Assembly: GCA_031414955.1 (NCBI GenBank) | Contig: JANOQV010000308.1 | Location: 33,769 to 97,768, forward strand | Direction of reading: 5' to 3' | DNA from: Pedosphaera sp. | Lineage (GTDB): Bacteria > Verrucomicrobiota > Verrucomicrobiia > Limisphaerales > SIBH01 | Length of the DNA: 64,000 nt | Part shown: positions 52,961-61,335 of the stretch, in pieces | How positions within the stretch are numbered: the first letter of the stretch is position 1 | Layout: every line of letters starts with the position of its first letter | Translations under genes and position numbers: made by a program | Notes under the pieces: model-generated | Database searches by the model: none | The model's input: only the letters and a program-made list of their open reading frames with translations | What the model was told of the DNA's origin: nothing

Positions 52961-55524
52961 GGAGCGATGGGTTTAATCGCCGGCCTATTGGTGCCTTGAA
53001 TCTCGCGCAGCAGTTTGTGCGCGTCGCGGAAGCGCGGTGCTTCTTCCAGCGCCTGCAACACTTGCCGCCTGGCATCCGGCTCCCTTTGTTTGTGCAGCAA
53101 CCGCGCCAGACGGAAATGCGCCTCGGTCGGATCGGGCGGGTCGAGCAGGAGCAACACGCGGTTGGCGTGGATAGCCTCGGCATCGCGGCCCAGCGCCTCG
53201 GCGGATTGCGCGAGGAAACGATGCGGACGCGGGACCAGGGGATTCACGGCCAGCGCACGGCGGGCGTTGGCCCGGACAAATCTCCAATCGCTCTCCAACG
53301 CACCCAGTTCGCTCAAGCGATCGAAGGCCTCGAACGCCTCGCCATCCAGCTTGCTCCACTTCTCCAGCGCGGCGCGTTCGGCATTGGTGTTCTTGAGTCC
53401 GCGCTGCGCCCGGGCGAGCAAGGCCCAGGCGCTGTCATCACCCGTTTGCATCGGGAACGCCTCGCCCAGCTTCTCCAGCGGCGGCACCGCATTCGACCAC
53501 TGGCCGCGCGAGAGCGCATCAAGGGCCGTGCGCTGGAGCGCCCAGTAATTCGTCGGATGCTCCGCCAGCCACGCCGCCGTGCGCAACTCGCGAGGCTCGG
53601 GCTTGGTGAAGTCGAGCGTCGGGGCCAGCGACTCCGCCAGCTCACGGGCGAACTTCGCGAAATCTTCCTCCAGTTTCTCCAGCGGCGCGGTGTGCGCTTC
53701 GATGCTCTTGTTGATCTCTTTGCCATCGCCGAGATCGCGCAGGATGGCCTTCAACGAATCGAATCCGAAATTTTTCACGATGAACTCCACCGCCAGCTTT
53801 GATTCGTAGTAAGCAAACTGAAGGTGCATGGGCGTCTTTGGCGCGAGGAAGGCGCTGCTCAGTTCGCCGATGGGCGTGAAGTCGTCGCCCAGGATCATCT
53901 CGCGATAACGCGCCGTCATGCGCTGACCCCAGGCGGGATTCTGCTCCAGCTCCTCATACACGGAGATGCCTTCGCTCAACCAGCGCGGCATCTTGTTGTG
54001 CGTCATGGTCAGGGTGATGACATGCGTGAACTCATGCCAGAGCACCGCCTGCCAGTTGGCCGTGTGCCCCTTCTGCGAGGCCGGGCTGTTGGCCGTGATG
54101 ACCGCGCCGAAGCAGACCCCGAGGTAGCCGGGATTGTCCGGGATGCCGAAGGTGCGCACGCCGAAATCCTTCTGCTCGGGAAAAATCTCCACCACCGTCG
54201 GGCGCGGCAGCGTGAGGCCGTACTTCACCACCAGGTTGGACTTGGCCCGCGAAAGCAGCGACAGCACTTCCGCGCCGTAAATGGGCGCTTCGTTCGTGCC
54301 CATGCGCAGGATGAACCCCTCGTTGGTCAGGGTGGTGAACTTCCCCAGCTTGTCCTTGAGCGTGAGCAGGTTGAAGCTCGTCACGTCATACTCGTCCTGC
54401 TGATGCGCCTCCTCCGCGAGCCGCCAGCCCTCCGCCTCGTCCCCGAGCCGGAGCAAATCCTCGGCAAGTTGCGCGCGGGCCGAAACGTAGTTTGGATCGA
54501 AGGCCAGCGACCGGCGCTGATAGGCCGAGCCTTCGGCGAAGCGGTACTTCTGCGAGAGATTCTGCCCGATCAAAAAGTCCACGCGTGGATTCGTCTTCCA
54601 GTGGCGCAAGGCCTGGTCGCGCGCCGTGCTCTCGCCGGCGGTGTCGCTGCGCAGATGCGCCAGCACCGTGCGATAAGCCCAGGCATCAGGATGCCACGGG
54701 TTGACCGCCAGCGACTGCGCGATCAGCTTCTCGGCTCCTTCATACTCCTCGGCGTCAATCATGTGATCGGCCAGCAGCAGCATGGCTCCGACGTGATTGG
54801 TGTTCTGCTCCAGGGTGGCGTTGAGGTTGAGCAGCATCTGCTTGCGGTCCCCGGACTGGAAGGCCCGGGCCAGGCCAAAGTGCAAGTCAGGATCGTCGGC
54901 GAACTTTTTCAACCCGGCGCCGAACTGCTTGGCCGCGAGCGAGAAGTCGTGCTTGTCCAGCGCCAGTTCGCCCATCGCCAGATAAACATCGCGCGAGTCG
55001 GGATTGGCCTTGCGCGCCGGCTCAAACACGTTGTCGAGCACCTTGCGCGGGTCCGCGCCCAAAATGAGAATCGCCTTGCCAATCGCCACCAGGCTCGACG
55101 CATCGCGGAAGCGATTGTCCGTGCGGGCCGACACCAGCGCCTCAATCTCCCGTGGAATCTGCGCCGCCCGATTGGTCTCGCCGATGTAGGGCAACACTTC
55201 GTGCGCCAGCAGCTTGATCGGAATGCTCCACGAGTAACGCTCCAGCGCATTGGACAAAACCGTGCCGGCCTTTTCGTACTGACCGGACGCCGCCAGCGAC
55301 CGAACCAACAGCGCACGCCATTCCTCCTCATACTCGAACTCCGCGATGGCCTGCTCACAGAGGGCCGTGCAATTCGTGTACTGGCCGGCGATGAATTGCT
55401 GACGCGCTTTGGGGAGATCCGCCGCCTGGGCCGCCCAACTGAGGAAGAGCGCCGCGAGCAGTGCGACGGAGGGGAATCCCGGCCGGTTGGCCGCCACCCT
55501 GCACCATGAAATATTCGCGCGCAT
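52957..55524 (-). CDS. Exported TPR protein with central HExxH (peptidase MA-like) domain
   Basis: TPR repeats at both ends; LWHEFTH..PRWLSEG. Confidence 0.85.
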   Translation of the reverse strand: MRANISWCRVAANRPGFPSVALLAALFLSWAAQAADLPKARQQFIAGQYTNCTALCEQAIAEFEYEEEWRALLVRSLAASGQYEKAGTVLSNALERYSWSIPIKLLAHEVLPYIGETNRAAQIPREIEALVSARTDNRFRDASSLVAIGKAILILGADPRKVLDNVFEPARKANPDSRDVYLAMGELALDKHDFSLAAKQFGAGLKKFADDPDLHFGLARAFQSGDRKQMLLNLNATLEQNTNHVGAMLLLADHMIDAEEYEGAEKLIAQSLAVNPWHPDAWAYRTVLAHLRSDTAGESTARDQALRHWKTNPRVDFLIGQNLSQKYRFAEGSAYQRRSLAFDPNYVSARAQLAEDLLRLGDEAEGWRLAEEAHQQDEYDVTSFNLLTLKDKLGKFTTLTNEGFILRMGTNEAPIYGAEVLSLLSRAKSNLVVKYGLTLPRPTVVEIFPEQKDFGVRTFGIPDNPGYLGVCFGAVITANSPASQKGHTANWQAVLWHEFTHVITLTMTHNKMPRWLSEGISVYEELEQNPAWGQRMTARYREMILGDDFTPIGELSSAFLAPKTPMHLQFAYYESKLAVEFIVKNFGFDSLKAILRDLGDGKEINKSIEAHTAPLEKLEEDFAKFARELAESLAPTLDFTKPEPRELRTAAWLAEHPTNYWALQRTALDALSRGQWSNAVPPLEKLGEAFPMQTGDDSAWALLARAQRGLKNTNAERAALEKWSKLDGEAFEAFDRLSELGALESDWRFVRANARRALAVNPLVPRPHRFLAQSAEALGRDAEAIHANRVLLLLDPPDPTEAHFRLARLLHKQREPDARRQVLQALEEAPRFRDAHKLLREIQGTNRPAIKPIAP

Positions 55525-55705
55525 TTGAGTGGCGCTAAGGTTGCGCCTGCCGACGGCAAGCTCAAGCCACAAGTACGGGCGGGAGAGTTAAAGCCCGGAC
55601 CAGCGCGTGCGGCCAAGGTGGACACCCTGCAGCCTTGGGAGGGAGGGGCCGGCAGTCCGGGGGCGAGTTTCGGTTCATGAGCCTGCCCCCAAGCCATGAC
55701 CATGC

Positions 55706-55734
55706 TTGCACCGGCCGCACAGGTTCAACACTCT
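55706..55734 (+). promoter_or_regulatory. Putative sigma70-type promoter, leaderless start
   Basis: TTGCAC-N17-CACTCT-N6-ATG(55741). Confidence 0.4.
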
Positions 55735-55740
55735 CGCGCC

Positions 55741-58700
55741 ATGAAAAGCATCACCCTCCTGGCCCTGGCCTGGTCTTCCTTGCTGGCCAGCGCCGCGAAC
55801 CTGCCGGTAAAGGAAGGGTTGCTGCTCCACCTCGACGCCGCAAAGCAACCCGGACTGCGGCAGGCGGCGGACTTGCCGCCGGTCTCGAACGGGCGGGCCC
55901 TGGATCGCTGGCTGAATGCCTCGGACGCGACGCGGCACGCGGTGCAACCGTGGTCCGGAGGGCGGCCAGTCTTGCGCGCGGATGGCGCGGAGGCGTTGGT
56001 GCGCTTCGACGGCCAGGATGATTTCCTGAGCGTCTCCGGCCCCAAGCGGCGCGCGCCGGAAGTCACGCTCTTCATCCTCGCCGCGCCGCGCTCGAACCGG
56101 GGTTTGTTCGCGGGCCTGTTCGGCAGTGCGGTGGCGGGGCAAAATGATTACACCAGCGGCCTCAATCTCGATCAGGGACCGGCGGCCACGAAGGAAATCA
56201 GCGTGCTCAACGTCGAGTCTGCCGGGAGCGCGGGGTTCAAGAACTTCATTCAGCCGGGCAAGAATCTCGCAGCCAGCCTGCCCTTCGAGAATTTCCACGT
56301 CTTCACCGTCCGCTCCCAAGTCGGGCCGAAAGGGACCGAGCTGTTCCTGGACGGCATCAAGCTCGGCGAGCGCGAGCGGAAGGAGTCGAGCATCGGTCTC
56401 GATGAGATGGTCATCGGCGGCCGGATTTACTCGAACGATCCCGGCGAGCCATCGAACGCGCAGGGTTCCTTCCACGGGGACATCGCGGCGGTGCTGCTCT
56501 ATGAGCGCGCCTTGAGCGAGGCCGAGCGCAAACAAGTCGAGGAATCGTTGTTCGCGCGCGCGCCGGCCTTGAACGCCCTCGCCGGCGGCAGCAGCGGTCA
56601 CGCGCTGGAAACGCTCAAGGACGCGCCGGTGGTGCAGATGTTTGTGCCCGGCTTTACGGTCGAGGAGTTGCCCCTCGCCATGCGCAACCTGACCGGCATT
56701 CGCTATCGCCACGACGGCAAGTTGGTCGCGCTCGGCTACGATGGCCGCATCCATCTCGTCACCGACACGGATGGCGACGGGCGCGAGGACGCGTCGAAGA
56801 TTTTCTGGGACAAGTCGTCGTTGCGCGGCCCCATCGGGATGGCGTTGCTGCCCAAGGGCGATGCGCGCGGGGACGGCGTCATCGTCGCGAGCAAGGGCAA
56901 GGTGTCGCTCATCGTGGACAAGGACCGCGATGGCGTGGCCGACGAGGAAATCATCGTCGCGAAAGGCTGGAAGGAAATCTCGCAGAGCGTCGATGCCATC
57001 GGCGTGGCGATGGACCCGAAGGACGGCTCGATTTATTTCGGTCTCGGCGCGGCGAATTACGCCAACGGCTATCTCATCGACGCGGCCACGGGCCGGGCGG
57101 GCTATCGCACCGACATGGAGAACGGCACCGTGCAGCGCGTGTCGGCGGACTTCTCGAAGCGCGAAACAGTCTGCACCGGCACGCGGTTCACCTGTGCGCT
57201 GGCCTTCAACCGGTTCGGTGACCTCTTCGCCAGCGAGCAGGAAGGCGCGACCTGGCTGCCCAACGGCAATCCGCTCGACGAGTTGCTGCACATCCAGCCG
57301 GGACGGCACTACGGCTTCCCGCCGCGCCATCCCAAGCATCTGCCGCAGGTCATCGATGAGCCTTCGACCTTCGACTACGGCCCGCAGCATCAGAGCACCG
57401 TCGGCATGATCTTCAACGAGGGTGTGAATGGCGGGCCGTCCTTCGGTCCCGCGAACTGGAGCGGCGACGCGCTGCTCTGCGGGGAATCGCGCGGAAAACT
57501 GTATCGCACCAAGCTGGTGAAGACGGCCGAGGGCTACGTGGCGCAGAACCACCTCATCGCCTCGCTCACCATGTTGCTCGTCGATACCTGCGTGACACCG
57601 CAGGGTGATTTGCTGCTGGCCTGCCACAGCGGCCCGCCTGATTGGGGCACCGGCCCGGCGGGCGCGGGGAAAATCTTCCGCGTGCGCCACACCGCGAAGG
57701 AGACGCCGCAGCCAGTGCTGGCGTGGGCTGCGGCACCGGATGAATTCCGCGTCGCCTTTGACCAGCCGCTCAAGGATTCCGACTGGGCGGGCGCGAAGGA
57801 GAAGGTTCGCATCGAAGCCGGCCGCCACGTCAGCACCGGTGATCGCTTTGAAACCATCCGCCCCGGCTATCAGGTGGTGCGCGACCAGATGACCGCGCCG
57901 CGCCGCTGGGTCGAAGTGCAAAACCTCTCGCTCACCGCCGACCGCCGCACGCTCGTGCTCCGCGTGCCACGCCAGACCGAAGCCATCGGCTACGCCATCA
58001 CCCTGCCCACGCCGGCGTCGTGGCAAACGAAAAGCGCCATCGCGCAAAAGCCCGAGATGGATGTGGCGCTCACGCTCAATGGCATCGAAGCCACGCTTCA
58101 GGCTGGTGGCGAGTCGCGGCGCGTGGTGCTGCCCCATCCGTCGCCCACCGTGGCGCGGGCGTTCACGGCGGGTTCGGCGGACCACGAGAAGTTTTTTCAA
58201 CAACTCACCCGCACGAGCACGCTCACCCTGCACGGCGGCGTGAACGTGGGGAACATCTTCGTGCCCGCCACCCAGCCCGGCGCGAAGCTCGATTGGGACA
58301 TTGGCAACGACGCCTTCGCCAATCGACGCATGACCGTGCGGCAGGACTTCTCCGCCGGCGGAACGCGCGAAGTCGAGTTGAAGCCAGGCGACAAATCGTC
58401 GCTGGCTTCACTCCAATTCACCTTCAATGGCCCGCTCGCACTGAACGGCAGTGGCTTGAGCTTCGCGCTCGATGAGAAGATGCGGCCCATCACGTTGACG
58501 CGGCTCTCCCTGCCCTGGGCTTCCGATGCGCCGCCCAAGAAATCCGACGGCGAAGTCCTCGCCCGCGCCGACGTGAAAGGCAACTGGCTGCACGGACGCC
58601 GCGTGTTCTTCGGCGACGGCGGCTGCGCGACCTGCCACACCCTGCGCGGCGAAGGCACGGCCTTCGGTCCCGATCTCTCGAACCTCGTCTTCCGCGACCG

Positions 58701-59787
58701 CGAGTCCGTGCTGCAAGACATCATGAAGCCGTCCGCGACCATCAACCCCGACATGACGGGCAGCCTGGTGAAATTCAAGGACACCCCCGAAGTCGCCGGA
58801 CTCATCCAGACGCTGACCGACGCGAAGATTGTCCTCCGCCTGCCGGCCAACGCCACGTTGGAGCGCCCGCGCGCCGACGTGGTGAGCCTGGCGCCGATGA
58901 AGGATTCATTGATGCCGGAAACTCTCGGCCAAAATCTTTCGCCCACGCAGATGGAAGACCTGCTCACCTTCCTGCTCACCAATCCGCTCGAACCAGCGCC
59001 CATCACCCGCCTCGATCCGCCCATGCCCCCGGCGCGCACGCGCGAAGAGGTCGCGGCCTTCGTGTCGTCCTCCACCGCTTCGAGCGCGGCCACCACGCCG
59101 CTGCGCATTCTGCTCTGCATCGACACCAAGGATCACGGCGTGGACGAGCACGACTATCCGCTCTGGCAGCAGCGTTGGGCGAAGCTGCTGCCCTTGGCCG
59201 ACCATGTAACTGTGGCGACGGCGAAAGTTTTTCCGACCCGCGAGCAGTTCGCGAAGGCGGATGTGATGGTGCTCTTCTCGCGCAACTCCGGCTGGAACGC
59301 CGAGCGTGCCGCGCGACTGGATGAATTCCAGCAACGCGGCGGCGGCGTGGTGTTGCTGCACTGGGCCATGGCCGGCGGCGAGGACGCGCTGGGCTACGCT
59401 GGACGGGTCGGCCTCGCCACGGGCGCAGGCTCGAAGTATCGCCACGGTGACACGGAACTCACCTTCGCGAAGTCCGGCCATCCGGTCACAGAAGGTTTCA
59501 CCAAGCTCAAGCTGACCGACGAAACCTACTGGGCCTTCCACGGCGATGAGACGCGCATCCAGGTTCTCGCCACGGGCGTCGAGGACGGCGCGCCACGCAC
59601 GCAGCTCTGGGCTTACGAACACTTCAAGGGTCGTGTTTTCGGCAGCATTCCCGGCCACTACAACTGGACCTTTGATGATCCGCTCTACCGCGTGATCGTC
59701 CTGCGCGGCATCGCCTGGGCCGCGCGGGAGAAGGACGTGAACCGGCTCGTGGAACTGGCCCCGGTCGGCGCGCGCCTCGCACCCTGA
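55741..59787 (+). CDS. PVC-type heme-binding protein: LamG-like + beta-propeller dehydrogenase-like + CxxCH cytochrome c + ThuA-like domain
   Basis: Signal peptide; DTDGDG propeller repeats, HYGFP; CATCH..GPDL..SLMPE; DHG..EHDY, DETY, GHYNW ThuA-like motifs. Confidence 0.85.
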   Translation: MKSITLLALAWSSLLASAANLPVKEGLLLHLDAAKQPGLRQAADLPPVSNGRALDRWLNASDATRHAVQPWSGGRPVLRADGAEALVRFDGQDDFLSVSGPKRRAPEVTLFILAAPRSNRGLFAGLFGSAVAGQNDYTSGLNLDQGPAATKEISVLNVESAGSAGFKNFIQPGKNLAASLPFENFHVFTVRSQVGPKGTELFLDGIKLGERERKESSIGLDEMVIGGRIYSNDPGEPSNAQGSFHGDIAAVLLYERALSEAERKQVEESLFARAPALNALAGGSSGHALETLKDAPVVQMFVPGFTVEELPLAMRNLTGIRYRHDGKLVALGYDGRIHLVTDTDGDGREDASKIFWDKSSLRGPIGMALLPKGDARGDGVIVASKGKVSLIVDKDRDGVADEEIIVAKGWKEISQSVDAIGVAMDPKDGSIYFGLGAANYANGYLIDAATGRAGYRTDMENGTVQRVSADFSKRETVCTGTRFTCALAFNRFGDLFASEQEGATWLPNGNPLDELLHIQPGRHYGFPPRHPKHLPQVIDEPSTFDYGPQHQSTVGMIFNEGVNGGPSFGPANWSGDALLCGESRGKLYRTKLVKTAEGYVAQNHLIASLTMLLVDTCVTPQGDLLLACHSGPPDWGTGPAGAGKIFRVRHTAKETPQPVLAWAAAPDEFRVAFDQPLKDSDWAGAKEKVRIEAGRHVSTGDRFETIRPGYQVVRDQMTAPRRWVEVQNLSLTADRRTLVLRVPRQTEAIGYAITLPTPASWQTKSAIAQKPEMDVALTLNGIEATLQAGGESRRVVLPHPSPTVARAFTAGSADHEKFFQQLTRTSTLTLHGGVNVGNIFVPATQPGAKLDWDIGNDAFANRRMTVRQDFSAGGTREVELKPGDKSSLASLQFTFNGPLALNGSGLSFALDEKMRPITLTRLSLPWASDAPPKKSDGEVLARADVKGNWLHGRRVFFGDGGCATCHTLRGEGTAFGPDLSNLVFRDRESVLQDIMKPSATINPDMTGSLVKFKDTPEVAGLIQTLTDAKIVLRLPANATLERPRADVVSLAPMKDSLMPETLGQNLSPTQMEDLLTFLLTNPLEPAPITRLDPPMPPARTREEVAAFVSSSTASSAATTPLRILLCIDTKDHGVDEHDYPLWQQRWAKLLPLADHVTVATAKVFPTREQFAKADVMVLFSRNSGWNAERAARLDEFQQRGGGVVLLHWAMAGGEDALGYAGRVGLATGAGSKYRHGDTELTFAKSGHPVTEGFTKLKLTDETYWAFHGDETRIQVLATGVEDGAPRTQLWAYEHFKGRVFGSIPGHYNWTFDDPLYRVIVLRGIAWAAREKDVNRLVELAPVGARLAP

Positions 59788-59832
59788 TCCCCAAAGGATC
59801 GCAAGGACCGGAATGCACAGGGAGAGGCCCAG

Positions 59833-61335
59833 CTAGGTCGCAAGTTGCTGGACCACCTTCCCCGCCACATCCGTCAGCCGATAATCGCGGCCTTGGAAAC
59901 GGTAGGTGAGCTTCTCGTGGTCGAGGCCAAAGAGGTGCAGCAGCGTGGCGTGAAAATCATTCACATGCACGGGATCCTTGGTGACGCCCCAGCCGAGTTC
60001 ATCCGTCTCGCCCACCACCTGGCCACCGCGCACTCCGCCGCCGGCCATCCACGTCGTAAAGGCAGACGGATGATGATCACGTCCGCTGATGCGGCCCTTG
60101 AACGCAGGCCGGTTCTCGCCCAGCGGGGTGCGGCCAAACTCGGAAGCCCAGACCACCAGCGTGCTGTCGAGCAAGCCGCGCTGCTTGAGATCGCGCAGCA
60201 ATGCGCCGAGCGGCTGATCCACCACGGCGCAGTTGAACGGCAAATCCGTCTCGAGATCGTTGTGATGGTCCCAGCTCGCGTGGTGAATGCTCACGAAGCG
60301 GACCCCGCGCTCGACCAGCCGGCGGGCCAGCAGGCAGTTGCGCGCAAAAGTCTTGAACGTGCCCGTGCCGCCACCGCGCTGGGTCTTGGTGTGTTTGCCG
60401 GCGTCGCGATTGACGCCGTAGGCTTCGAGAGTCTCAGGCTTCTCGCCGGAGAAATCCGTCAGTTCGGGCGCGCTCAACTGCATCCGCGCGGCCAGTTCGT
60501 AATTCGCCATGCGGCTGGAAATTTCCGGATCGCCCACGGCCTTCTGCCGCAGCGTGTTCAGGTCGCGCAAAGCATCCAACCCGTAGTGCCGCATCTCGGC
60601 GGTGACTCCGGCGGGGTTGTGCAAGTCCATCACCGGCTCGCCTTCGTTGCGAAAGGCCACGCCACCGAAGACACTCGGGAGGAAGCCGCTGCTGAACATC
60701 GTGTTGCCCCCGCTCGCCGCCCGCCCCGCCGTCAACACCACGTAGCCGGGCAGATTCTGCGAGGCGCTGCCCAGCGCGTACGCGACCCAGGACCCGGCGC
60801 TCGGCCGACCGAAGCGCTGGAAGCCGGTGTACATGAGCAGTTCGCCGGGATGATGATTGAAGGCCTCGGTGTGCATCGAGCGCACCAGCGCCAGATCGTC
60901 CGCGCACGAGCCGAGGTGCGGCAGCAGTGCGGACATCTCCAGACCGCTCCGGCCATAGCGCCGGAATGGATACGGGCTGCCCAGCAATCGGGCGGACTCC
61001 TTCTGGATGAAAGCGAAGCGCACATTCTTCGTGAGCGACTCGGGCAGAGGCTGCCCGTTCAACTCGGTCAACTTCGGTTTCGGATCGAACAGGTCGAGCT
61101 GGCTCACGCCGCCTTCCATGTAAATGAAGATGCACTGCTTGGCCTGGGATGCGAAGTGCGGCGGACGCGGGGCCAACGGATTCCACGGCGCTCCCATTTT
61201 CGGCGGCTCGCCGGCGAGCAATCCGTCCCGCCCGAGCAACGTGGCCAACGCCACGCCGCCCACGCCGCGCGCGGTGCTGACGAGAAAATCACGGCGGGTG
61301 AAGTTGAGGATTTCGCGCGCGTCCATCGTGTTCAT
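59833..61335 (-). CDS. DUF1501 domain protein, Tat-exported (second paralog)
   Basis: TRRDFL, GGVSQLDLFDPKP, ARRLVERGVRFV, WDHH, SEFGRTP, GRDHHP. Confidence 0.93.
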   Translation of the reverse strand: MNTMDAREILNFTRRDFLVSTARGVGGVALATLLGRDGLLAGEPPKMGAPWNPLAPRPPHFASQAKQCIFIYMEGGVSQLDLFDPKPKLTELNGQPLPESLTKNVRFAFIQKESARLLGSPYPFRRYGRSGLEMSALLPHLGSCADDLALVRSMHTEAFNHHPGELLMYTGFQRFGRPSAGSWVAYALGSASQNLPGYVVLTAGRAASGGNTMFSSGFLPSVFGGVAFRNEGEPVMDLHNPAGVTAEMRHYGLDALRDLNTLRQKAVGDPEISSRMANYELAARMQLSAPELTDFSGEKPETLEAYGVNRDAGKHTKTQRGGGTGTFKTFARNCLLARRLVERGVRFVSIHHASWDHHNDLETDLPFNCAVVDQPLGALLRDLKQRGLLDSTLVVWASEFGRTPLGENRPAFKGRISGRDHHPSAFTTWMAGGGVRGGQVVGETDELGWGVTKDPVHVNDFHATLLHLFGLDHEKLTYRFQGRDYRLTDVAGKVVQQLAT

